A DNA stretch of 64,000 nucleotides, from positions 12,648,001 to 12,712,000 of the forward strand of contig CATNEN010000038.1 in the NCBI GenBank assembly GCA_950097015.1. The letters run 5' to 3'. Below the pieces are notes generated by a model. That model was not told the DNA's origin. It made no database searches and saw only the letters and a program-made list of their open reading frames with translations. This DNA is from Macrostomum hystrix (lineage: Eukaryota; Animalia; Platyhelminthes). The position numbers and the translations under genes are program-made. This document shows, one piece after another, positions 1 to 11,575 of this stretch (position 1 is its first letter; every line of letters begins with the position of its first letter).

Positions 1-941
1 CTAACCTCATTGTGCTGTTGCAGCTGTTTTTGACCTCGGCTGTGTCTGTTGCATCCTGCAAAAGAAGCTTTTCAAAGCTGAAGCTCATCAAGAGTTACCT
101 ACGGTCAACCATGTCTCAAGCTCGGCTTGATGGTCTCTCCATCCTTTCTATTGAGCAGGAAGAGGCCAAAGCTCTGGACTTCAGCAAAATCATCAATAAC
201 TTTGCCAAAAAGAAGTCCCGCCTTGGTGCACTCTAGTTCAAGTAGTATGTCGCACTCGCAGTTGCTGAAATATTTCTGTCTATCAAGTCAACCTGGATCC
301 TGATCATCTGTTGGCCCAACCGTCCAAGAGATAGACTGCACTTGTCAGGCTCAAAGGGAGTGGCCATGGCCCGTGGAACCACCTCAACTGAGGGCATGAA
401 GATCATACGATGGAACCTGTAGGACAATCATTGGGTCATCTGAAGACTAAAGGTATTTGATTGTCTGTAAAGTATTTTTACTATGTGCTTGAAAGTATTT
501 ACATAATTACATTTAATTATTGAAGAGTTAAGGATCTTAGATCAACTTTAATGATAAATTTTTTTTGAAAATTTTTCTGGGGGTGACCACCCAGCCGGGG
601 GGTGACCACCCAACCCATACATGCGCAACCTCCCAAATCTTAGCTGGCCGTGCGACTTAGTTTTTGCTCTCATTTGCGACTTAGTTCGTTTCATTGCTCT
701 ATTTACGACTTAGTTTGCTCTCATTTGCTCTCTTTTTCTCTCCCCTTTTTCCTTTTTTTCACGCCTTCCTTTTTTGTCCCTTGGTCCCCCCTTTGATTTT
801 TTTGCGCTTGGTTGATTGGTTTTTGCGACTTACCTTGCTTGGCCCTCGTTTCACCCGGCCGGTTCGGCTGGGTCGGCCGGGTGTTGAGCATGTATGACCC
901 AACCACTGCCCCCCCCAGCTGGAGGGCCTGCGCCGCCACTG
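1..941 (+). mobile_element. 3' end of a hAT-superfamily DNA transposon (transposase C-terminal dimerisation domain at 12-236 plus right end)
   Basis: ORF 12-236 SVASCKRSFSKLKLIKSYLRSTMSQARLDGLSILSIE matches the hAT C-terminal dimerisation motif (ERSFSxLK..RS.M...RL). Subterminal repeats TGCGACTTAG at ~651-830. Candidate TIR GCGCCGCCACTG ends at 941. Confidence 0.75.
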
Positions 942-2799
942 CAAATAAGTAAATAAAAGACCAGGCACCAAAAAGCCTGGCACCAAAAAGCATAGGCACT
1001 ATAATGCAAAGCAACCACTGTGACACTGCCATTTGCTATCTTGACAATATATTCATTTTATTTTGTTTTTTCTTGTTAAAGGCCCAGCTACACTGTCTTT
1101 ATATTGTCAATATGACATATTAGGCCTAATATATTTAATCTGAATAGAAGCTATATTTAGGCCTAGTAGTGACTACTGTATTGCAACCAAATAAACAATA
1201 AAGAATACAATCCACTTTGGTAACAGGCACTTTAGGTTTTGAGTCTGTGGTTGGCTCAACAACAACTGCTGAACTGCATTGGCCATATGACAAATGAATT
1301 CAAGACAGTAACAATGACAACTTAATTAATAGTAGGCTAGTAAAAAATGCTACCTAAATTAAAAGGCAGGTTTTCTTACTGTGGCAGTAAGCACTGCCAC
1401 CCCAGGAAAATGGCAGGAAATACTCTATGACAAATGAATCAGTGACTGCATATTTATTAAGAATTACCAAAAAAATTGGCTTCTCACTTTAGCCTTAGGA
1501 AATGTAGTGTTGCCAAAATATTATTATTCTAAAAAAACTGCTATCCATTTCGATATTTGGATATTTTTTTAGTCAGTGCCAGTTTTTATAAATTTAGTCG
1601 GCCCTATGTATTCTGGCTCAGGCATTATTCACCTGTTGTGGAAGGACGCAGGAGTTGATTGACTTATATATTTAAAAAAATTAAATATTTTGAGCTGACC
1701 TGCATAGCTCTTAAATATTAGCGCTTTAATATGAGAGCCTGTGGTATGGTAGCTTGCTTAACAGAAAATTGAAGGTGGAAAGGAAGTAGCATTCGTAACA
1801 GTATAGAGTGGCAGGCATGTTATCGAAACACGATAAAATAAATATTCAAATTAGATTCGCGCCCAACTTAACACTTTTAAACAAAGTTTCTCGTTTTCGC
1901 ATTTTTCTGACGCCCCGTGAAGACATTTTCTTTTTAAACTAGGCGCACAAAACTTCGATAAACCTTGAAAAAACAAGTATACACTTGTCACTTTTAGCTT
2001 TTAGAAGCAGAGCTTATTAATTGATATATTACTGGCCAGTTAAACTGCCTGCACACAAACGTGAAAGTGAGTAGATAATAGATTTATTTAGTAAATTAAA
2101 TATTGAATGCGCCTGCTGCTAACAGTGGGTTGGGGACCCCTGGGATAAATCGACGGAAATGTTGCTGAATTTGTGTAAGTGGCGTGCATGTTTAATTTCT
2201 CGATTAAGTCAATCTAGGTAAAGTTTGACATTCAGAGCAACTGAATGACATTCAAAGCACTAACTTAAATACTACATTAGTAGAATATCAGGTATAAGAA
2301 CACTGTAGTTCTAGGAGACCTACACAGACTATAAAGTTAATAAATCATCGATTCTAAGAAATTCTCTTTTAACATTTACGCTGTAAAATGCAAGTCTGAC
2401 TACGCGGCTGGCATTCGGCTGAACCAGACTGCGACCGATATTATCAGTATTCGCCTAGTCCGATGCGGCCGGCAGCTAGCTTAATTTTTTGTCTAGTCTT
2501 CGTTCGTTCATCCTGCTGAAGTCCTTGACCTGCCAGTTTATTGTGTCCCTCGTCTCTTTCATTTTTCTGTTACTAAAAATACAAGCAAACCGTGCGACCT
2601 AGGCAAGTCAAGCAAGCTTTTAAGTCGACTGAGTTGAGACAGGAAACTGTGAAAAATACAATGGTAGACCTTCGGGTGTTTTCGCATACCCTGGTGCATG
2701 GCACACCTCGATCTAATAGGCCTCATTCGCGGTCTTTGCTGCGAGCAAATCGGCGGGCACCAGAGGCCGTGGACGGCCGCGGTCCTGGTGTCGTAGAGG

Positions 2800-3850
2800 A
2801 CCTCTGGCCGGGGCACAGCGCCACACGCTCTAGCTTCGGGCTGTAGTGCCAGCAAGCGCAGAGTCATCTGGAGTAAGGGCCCTTCGTAGTCGTAAGCTGC
2901 CCTACGGGGAGCAGCAGCTGCAGCGAGGCGAAGCTTCAGCTTGGGCCAGAACATCGGCCACAGGCGCGTCCTTGCCGCGAATTTTCGTTGTAAACTTGCG
3001 GTTACTGAAGCGCCGAACAAGGGTCCGACAGCTTGGCCATCGCCGCCACTAGAGGATTGTGATCTGCGTAGGCGTAGTGGTCTAAAGGTAGCCAAAGTTT
3101 CTAGTAGCGAAAAAAAGTGATCAACTCGACACGTCAAAAGCGCTTTTAGTTCAGCGGGGACGGAGCTCCAGCCACGCCTCACTGGCGCGCTGCTCCAGGA
3201 CAGCCCCGATGGCGATTCCCGATCGACGTGTTGACCTTCAGCGCACTTGGAGCGCCGGGCTCAGGGTGGGCTCAGGCTCATGGCGGCGTCGACAAGCAGA
3301 GCACGCTTCGTAAGGAAGGCATCCGTCAGCTTCGGCATCCACTGAACAAACTTTAATTCCTTGCTGGCCAGGGCACCGTAGGTATAGGGCGCAGCAGCTG
3401 AATGGCCCGCGGCACGAACCAGTGATAGAAGTTCACCCATACCGGCAAACTGCGCTGGCCCCTGATGATCGCAGGAAGCGCGAACCGAGTCATGGCATCG
3501 ACCAAGTCGAGCTGTGGCACGTTCGGCTGCATGACTGTTGATATGGTGGCCAAAGAACTCGATTTTACTGCGGCCGAACTTGAATTTTGCCGGGTTGATA
3601 AGGAGGCCGTTGTCGGCGATGCAGGCGCTAGAACAGCACGCAAACAGCTGCTTCAGGTGCTGCTGAGGATCACGTACTGCTCGCCACCAGGAAGTCGTCG
3701 TCGATGACTTCGAACACGAAGTCAAGATCCTGGCCCCGTGTCGATTACCCTCTGGAATGCCTACTAGGTGGCATTTTTAGCTCGAAAGGCTTTCGTCGAA
3801 ACTCGAACCGGCCAAAAAGGGGTGATGACGGCGCCTTGATCGATTGTAAT
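2800..3850 (-). mobile_element. Degenerate Ty3/Gypsy LTR-retrotransposon pol fragment (RT, partial RNase H)
   Basis: Frameshifted minus-strand remnants: VITPF..FEF..PF.LKNA..FQRVID..DLDFV..IDD.LVAS (~3690-3840), HLKQLF..NGLLINPAKFKFGRSKIEFFGHHI, and VNFYHWFVP. Boundaries approximate; no LTRs recognised. Confidence 0.75.
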
Positions 3851-4237
3851 GTCGGCCTCGATGACGAGATTTGATAATTAGTCGCGAAACAAAGGTCGAT
3901 TGCGATCTGAGAAACTATTTTGAACCCGGACTACAGGACAACCTAAATCGAATTAACGGTTTAAGTATAAACAACATCTAACTTTGGCTTGGCATTACCT
4001 GAGGTCTGAGACGTACGCTAGCCTGCATGTGTCTAAAATAAATTAAGCTTGCCACACAGGCTTTTTAGGTAACCTGTTTCATTTAACTCAGAAAATCAAA
4101 ACTCAAACTTAAGAAACTATTATATTTTGAGTCGTCCTCTTTAGTTCTCCATTGGCGTCATAATTAACAAATAAGCACGCAAATGTGATTTTTTTCTAAG
4201 TTGTGTAACAAAGCCTTGTTACACAACAAAACCTTGT

Positions 4238-4544
4238 GGAAGAGGTTGTAGCCTAGTGGTTAGGGCGTCGGACTCACGACTTGAAGGTCGGGGGTTCTAT
4301 TCCCGACTCCACTGGAACAATTTGTGTCCTTTAGCAAGACACTTAACTCTGCATTGCTTCAGTTCACCCAGCTGTTTAATGGGTACCAGCATCAGCTGGG
4401 ATAATTGAAGGTGGGTGTGGCGTCCCCCCAGTCCGTGGACTGAACAGCGCTGTACGCAGCCTTCAGATGCGCCGCGCATTAGCTGCGGCTGTGCTGTCGG
4501 CTGCACATCTGACCCAATTGGGGCAGGTGTAATCAATTATTATT
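4238..4544 (+). mobile_element. tRNA-derived SINE with CORE-like central domain
   Basis: A box TAGCCTAGTGG, B box GGTTCTATTCC, then TGTGTCCTTTAGCAAGACACTTAAC..CAGCTGTTTAATGGG resembling the MIR/CORE domain; (ATT)n tail. A second copy lies at 19972-20274 (-). Confidence 0.8.
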
Positions 4545-4783
4545 AAACTAGCTTTTTTTGCCCGTTGTTTTGGGGCAGAAATTTAAAGCAAAGCAGTAAG
4601 CAATTCACGTCTCTGTATTAACTTTATAGTGAAGGTCACCATTTATTTATTTACAGCATTAATGAAAAGTGAAGAGTTTGTTTAAGGGCGTATTAAGTAA
4701 AAAATATGTGAAAAGTTTGTCCAAACAGCCCCCTCTTGATTACTTCTTTAGAAACATGTCTCTTAGCCACTCCTCTATACAGT

Positions 4784-5024
4784 CAGTGGCAGATCCAGGA
4801 ATTTTGTTTTGGGGCGGTCTGTCAGGGGAGCGCCATGAGAATCACAGAGTGGGTGCCAGCGGCCGAAAAAGGGCGCCAGGAGCCAAGAAAGGGCGCCAGC
4901 GGCTGAAAAACGGGAGCCAGCGGCTGAAAAAGGGGCGCCAGCGGCCGAAAAGGGGCATCTTATTTCCATGATTAAAATTTAGGGGGGCGACTGCCCCCCC
5001 GCCCCCCCCCTAAATCTGCCTCTG
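4784..5024. mobile_element. hAT-type MITE nested in the Helitron
   Basis: Imperfect TIRs CAGTGGCAGATCCAGG / CCTAAATCTGCCTCTG. Perfect 8-bp TSD TATACAGT at 4776-4783 and 5025-5032. Internal ~21-bp repeats. Confidence 0.85.
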
Positions 5025-5176
5025 TATACAGTATGCATGTACACGCGTATACATAAGGAAAATAGCCATGGCATAACAATAACAATGTCAAAGAAACAAA
5101 ATTAAACTGTTTCAGAGTTCAGAGTTAGACAGGTCAAGGTCAATTCGTGACTACTTTTCTATTAATTGCTTGCGAG

Positions 5177-5775
5177 TCACCTCAAGGCCTGGGGATACAC
5201 CACATTCTTCGTTCTTCCCCTTGGTGCGAAAATGAATAGGCCAGCTGGAGTTCCAACACGGGAGCAGGCGACATAAAGCTGCCCATGCGAGAAGCAAGGA
5301 GTCTCCAGGTTGATGCCAGCCACCTTCAGCGACTGTCCCTGAGCCTTGTTAATAGTCATCGCAAAGCACACTCTCACAGGGAACTGCAGTCGCTTGAACT
5401 GAAATGGCAGGTCCGTGGGGATAATTGGAATCCGGGGAACGAACACAGACTCTCCTCTGCCAGATCCAGTCATTATCGTGGCCTCAATCACGTGTGGGAA
5501 GAGCCGCCTGACTATCAGTCTGGTGCCGTTACACAGCCTTGGCGCATTCAGGTTGCGGAGGAGCATAATTGGTGCCCCAACTTTCAGCTGCAAGTTGTGC
5601 GATGGAGTTCCAGGAGGATCTAGAGAGTTCAGAAACTCAACAGGATACTCCACAGCGGTGTCATCAGTCAACGTTGTATCAATTGACTTGTAGGTGAAAA
5701 CTGCACCTGGCAACTCCTGAAGCAGTTGGTAGTTAATTTCGTTGGCGGCATCATTTCTAGGACACAGAATTGAGA
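5177..5775 (-). pseudogene. Helitron RepHel PIF1-like helicase, C-terminal fragment
   Basis: LKVGAPIMLLRNL..LCNGTRL, QFPVRVCFAMTINKAQGQSL and FSHGQLYVACSRV motifs; Rep domain and Walker A absent. Confidence 0.9.
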
Positions 5776-8014
5776 ATTGCCCTCTCTGACAGCCAGTCAA
5801 CGTCAGCATATTGAGAGAAATAGGCTGGCTGGAGAGAAATATCGACCGGAGAGCCCTGCGCACTGGGACGCCACCGCACTCACCGCACTCAGTCTCAGTG
5901 CTGCTTGGGGGCCAGTAGACAGTCTAGGGGTTTGGGCTGTGTACATTCACGGCTTGAAATACAATGTACAGTCTGGGGCTTCGGCGCCCGGGGAAGGGAG
6001 GGGGTGGCTGTAATAAAATTTGGCCCGCAGAGTGGCGGAGGGGAGTTGGGGTGGCTGTCCTCGGAAAACAAAAAGTGACTCACTTTGAGATGATGCAGCT
6101 TTGCTCTGGATTGAGTAGAGATGTTCAAAATTGACAGCATTGTTGGAAAACATGTAAAGTGTAAGTGGATCAAATTTGGAGAAAATCTGACAAAGTGGGG
6201 CGACGATATGTCGAATTGAGTGATTTTTTGACGATTTTTGAGCAGTTTTTTGCACTTTTGAGCAGGAAGTAAATGATTTTTCGGGAATTTGAGTAGCCTA
6301 TTGCACTCAGCGTAGGTGGTTTTAGGTATGTGCAAAGTTTGGTGCGATTTGGTTGAGCGGTTTCGGCGTCTATAAAGACAAAAGGTTGCACACAGACAGA
6401 CAGACAGACAGAGTTTTCACTTTTATATATATAGATGAATTGTGTAACAAAGTTTTGTATACTACTCAAAGTACTGAATCTGAACAAACAAAAACTTTAG
6501 ATTTCAAAGTAAAACAAAAAGTACGAATAAAACAACATTTTATTGATTTTTTAAAAGCTGATTTTAAAAAAATTCATGCTTTTCAGAAAAGCCAGATTTG
6601 ATTAGAATTCAGTCGATAAAATTTAGCTTTATTAAGAGAATACTACTAAACGCTAAACAAAGAACGGCTGGATGCACCAGGTGATTTTGCTACCCTAGCT
6701 GTACAATACAATTACTTTAGGCTCAGCTAGGACTAGTCTACGTATAGAGCTTATTATATATTTATTTATCACCTATCAACAAGAATGAAAGATTGCATGC
6801 TGTAAAATTTGACGTTGTTTAAAAAATTCGGGCCTAGATTTTTTATAACTGCAATGAATTTAAGCAATAATAAATTCAATTTACTAATCTACTCTCCTAG
6901 CTGACCAGTTTATTCTTACAGTAGAGACAACTGGCTAGTTTTTTGCTTTTGTAGCTAGCTAATATTTTAATTGCTATGACTAATGTCACAGCTGAATAAC
7001 TAAACAGCTTTGATATTGCTAGCCTACTCTGCTCTTGATGTAAATTGTTATTTTATTGGCTTTCCACCTTTTAGTTTTAGCTACGCGGCCTATGCCTAAT
7101 ATGTAGCTATTAGTGAATAGGGCCTAACCAGAATAGTCCTGGATAGCTATTACCTTTACTGGAAGGTAAAGAGATCACAGAGGTCATTAAGTTCCAGATG
7201 GCAATTTTTTCAGTACGACCAAGACTGCCACTCACAAAAAATGCCATGGCTTGGGAGGCCATGGCAAGGGGTTTGGGGAATTAAAGGAAACAGGTTTGAT
7301 CTAATGGCTGTCCAGCTTTGGATTTTGGATTCAAAACTAGCTAGGCCTAAATAATGTTGTTTGGTTCTTGAATACTTACTGTTAGATTTATATCAATATA
7401 TGTCATGAAATATTAAATGTAAAATATTTTCCTTTAATTTAGGGGCCTAAGCTAGGCCTAATATTTCTTCTTTCTCTAGGTGACAGCCAATAGGCCTACG
7501 TCCATCCCAATCATTGACCATTTAGAAAGCAAGAAAATATGATGACCTCTTTTCTTTGAAGCCATTCAGAGCTAGGGTAGTCTTGGTCATATACCTATTA
7601 AGGGCTGATAACATCATAGCAATTGTAAAGCCTACCAAGTTGGTGAGTGGTCAGGTTTCAGCAACCTACCCAACAACACCACGCGCCTCGTGCTTCGCGC
7701 CTCGCGGCTCAATACTATGTTCGCCCCCAACTAGCTAAGCCTTAGCCTAGTTAGCCATTAGGTCAAGATTTAATTAATCTTAGGACTATATTAGCCTATT
7801 GCAATAAAAGTGCCAACTAGCTTAGGGGTGTGATATGGACTAGATTAAACTTTATTTGTTGTACCCAACTTTCATTATTGTCATTGCTTATATATAGCTT
7901 ATGTTATGTCATTAAATTTTTTTTTCTTTCTATTTGTTTATTTTAACTAACAGTAAAATAAACTGATGCATTTAGCAAGCTTTAGTTCACTAATATATGC
8001 TAGTTGTAAGTATT

Positions 8015-10665
8015 ATTCCTAGCAACCAAGATCCCCTTTGGGGGAAGAAAATTTGGCAATTTCTTAGTTTCTCACAACAAATTCTTTTTTGTTTGTAATC
8101 ACAAGTTTACATGGCATAATTGTGCTTAATTGACATGGCATGATATATAGTCTATGGAATAAAGGTCTGGGGTGATAAGAGCAAGGGCAAAGAGAAGGGA
8201 TTAGCTACAAATATCAAAACATGGCTGGTAGACCTTCAGTGCCCACAACAATTGTACCGCCTATGGACTTGCACAATCCAAATGACCTCTGCAACCTTAT
8301 AAACTTTACATATTATAAGCTTTTATAGATATTTAACTACTGGTTCTTAACTTGTTCTGTTGCCCATTTTGCTGCACCACATAAATGCACAAACAGAAAA
8401 AAATTCAATGTGAAACTGGAAATTGCCAAAAATTCTTCTTTATAGCCATGAGAAGAAAATTCATTAAAATATTTAACTCGAATACTATACTTATATTTTC
8501 TAGATATCTCCTGAATAAATCATACTGTCCTGTGATATATCATGCTATCTGTCAAGAAAGCATGCTACCCCTCAATTTATGATTTTGCCCTCAATAATTA
8601 ATGCTACCCCCTTGATAATTCATATATTTACTTTATAATTCCTGCTTCCCATAGATAATACATGCTTTCCCTCAAAATAATTAATGCTATCGCTATGATG
8701 CATCATGCTATCCCTTGACAAGGCTTGCTACCCCCTCAATAATTTTTGTTACCCACTAAATTTATCTCATTGCTTCCCATAAATAATTCAACTTTCCCTC
8801 AATAATTAATGTATTAACTTCTCCTGGTTTGTCATTTCGTGTGCCCTCTTAATGTACTCTCTCCTCTCTCCCCCTGCCTGTTCAATTTATTTATTAGCCT
8901 TATTTTCTCTTGCGGCTCTGATTGGCTCTTACCTCATCTCTATTTCCTTCCCCTGCATTTCATCTCTTACCTCTGGCCAGTCCGCGCACATGTTACCCTT
9001 CTAACCAACCCCCTTCCTTATCGCTCTGTTAAACTTAAATATATTTTGACTAGGCCTGAATTGGCTCACTGCCGTATGGACCGGCTCATACTGCAAGGAC
9101 TCAATTTCTTGCATATGAAATCGTTACAATTAATGCTTAACCTGAACAATTTATTCTACCCCTCGATCATTTATGCAACCCCTATGTTAGTTCATATTTT
9201 CCCTTGATAATTTATGCTTTTGCCTCAATAATTCATGCTTCCCCTTTTTGATAATTTATGCTTTTTCCTCTCTATAATTCATGCTTAGTCTCAGTAATTT
9301 TTTCTACCCCTCAATAATTCATGCTTCTCCCATGATAATTCATGCTTTCCTGTTGATTTATGCAACCCCTCAAAAAAGCATACTATCCTCTTGAAAAATT
9401 TTGCTGCACCCTCAATTTATAATATTTTTTCCTGAAAATCTCATTGTTTCTACTGGAAATCCCATGCTATTTCTTCAAGAAATCATGATATTCCCTAGAT
9501 ACATATCTAATGCTTTTCCCCGCAAATTCCATGCAATTTACTTAATTTCTCATGCTGCTATCCATTGATATCTAGGGCTATATTCTTTAGTTTCATGTCC
9601 TTGTTCGAATTAATAGTATTATGCTTCAAAATATATAAAACATCATAATTGCTTCCCTGCTAAAAAGCCCCTTGTTTTCTTCTAGTGTTTCAAACACTAG
9701 CAACCAAGACGCCTTTAGGGGAAGAAGATCACACTTAAAAGCCATGAGAAGAAGAATATTTTTTATGCAACTTCAATACTCTGCTTAGCTTCACTTGATA
9801 TCTTCTTGATAAATCATGCTACTCGGTGATATATCATGCTACCCCTTTGATATATCATGCTATCCCTGGACAAAGCTTCTTACCCCTTTGATAATCCATG
9901 CTACAGCTTTGATAATTCATGCTCTTCCTCAATAATTCATGCTACCCACTCAATACGACGTGCTACTGCCCATCGATAATTAATGTTTTTTGTTTAATTC
10001 ATACTACATCCTCGATATTTCATACTTTCCCCTTAATAATTCATGCTACCTCCTCGTTAATACATGCTATCCCTTTGATATATCATGCTATTCCTGGACA
10101 AAGCTTGCTACCCCCTCAATAATTTATGCTACCCACTTTTACTATGATAATTCATGCTACCCCTTTGATAATTCAAACATTTCCCTCGTTAGTTCATGCT
10201 ACCCGCCAGCTAATTCATGCTCCCCTCTAATATTTATTCTACCCTCTTGATAATTAATGCTTCCCATTGATAATTACATACGTCTACTCCTTCAATAATT
10301 CATGCTACCACTTAGATAGTTCATGCTTACGGCTTGATAGTTCATGCTATTTCGTCGATAATTCATGCTTCCTATCAATAATTCATGATTCCCCTTGATA
10401 AGTCATACTTTTCCATCGCCATTTCATGCGATCGCCACAAAATTGCAAAGTATTTAAGTATTATGTTATTCCCTGGAAACCTCATGCTATCGCTTCAAGA
10501 AATCATGACATTCTCTAAATATCTAATCCTTTTCCTCGAGAATTCCATGAAATTTACTTGCATGCTACTATCAATTGATATATAGCGCTATATTCTTTAG
10601 TTTCATCTTCTCATTTGAATTATTTTGCTTTCAAAAAATATATATAATATTGCTTCCCTGCTCGG
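8015..10665. repeat. Two diverged tandem copies of a composite repeat containing a degenerate ~22-23-bp minisatellite (CCCTTGATAATTCATGCTAC core)
   Basis: Shared anchors: CTAGCAACCAAGA (8019, 9697), AGCCATGAGAAGAA (~8444, ~9740) and TATTCTTTAGTTTCAT..ATTGCTTCCCTGCT (~9580-9661, ~10590-10662). Confidence 0.65.
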
Positions 10666-11044
10666 AAAAATACTTAGTTTTTTCAAAGTATAATGCTATT
10701 AGCTAGGATTAAAATATTTTCTCCTAGTTTTGAATCTAATAACAATTTCAGCAATGCACGAAAACTTTTCTTTGGTTTTGAAAATGAAAAACGCTAACAG
10801 CTACGCATGCTCAGACTGTCTTCACTTAGTTTTGCATTAAATAACACTTAAAGCAATGCTCGAAAAAAGTGTTAAAATTTAATATGAAAAACGCTTTTAG
10901 CTATGCTCAAATTTTTTTCTAGCTCTGAATCTGATAACGCTTGCAGCTAGCTAAAAATACTTCCCTAGTTTTAGTACTAAATACCACTTGCAGCTACTCT
11001 CGAAAGAACTTACATTCTTTTCTCACAGCGAGAATAATAATAAT

Positions 11045-11575
11045 ATGCTGTCAGCCATCAAATCCAATTTAGTCAGGGTGCCAGCTATCAAATCCAATTT
11101 AGTCAGGGTGTCAGCTATCAAATCCAATTTAGTCAGGGTGTCAGCTATCAAATCCAATTTAGTCAGGGTGTCAGCTATCAAATCCAATTTAGTCAGGGTG
11201 TCAGCTATCAAATCAAATTTAGTCAGGGTGTCAGCTATCAACTCCAATTTAGTCAGTGTGTCAGCTATCTACCCCAATTCCGTCAGTGTGTCAGCTATCT
11301 ACCCCAATTCCGTCAGTGTGTCAGTGTCAGCTATCTACCCCAACTCAGTCAGTGTGTCAGCTATCTACCCCAATTCAGTCAGTGTGTCAGCTATCTACCC
11401 CAATTCCGTCAGTGTGTCAGTGTCAGCTATCTACCCCAACTCAGTCAGTGTGTCAGCTATCTACCCCAATTCAGTCAGTGTGTCAGCTATCTACCCCAAT
11501 CCCGTCAGTGTGTCAGCTATCTACCCCAATTCCGTCAGTGTGTCAGCTATCTTCCCCAATTTCGTCAGGGTATCA
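11045..11575. repeat. 30-bp minisatellite with two successive variants
   Basis: TCAGCTATCAAATCCAATTTAGTCAGGGTG followed by TCAGCTATCTACCCCAATTCCGTCAGTGTG. Confidence 0.95.

Larger units (their letters stand above)
4548..6435 (-). mobile_element. Non-autonomous (internally deleted) Helitron
   Basis: Minus-strand 5' end TCTATATATATAAAA..(TGTC)n at 6435. 3' GCCC..GGGC hairpin then CTAG at 4551-4548. Inserted between A and T with no TSD. Carries a PIF1-helicase fragment. Confidence 0.85.

Noticed and set aside
4201-4226. 11-bp perfect hairpin TTGTGTAACAA-AGCC-TTGTTACACAA
   Set aside because: Isolated, with no assignable function or element boundary.
4238-4315. tRNA-Val(CAC) gene
   Set aside because: Poor stem pairing, and it continues into a shared repeat body in two diverged copies, so it is a SINE head.
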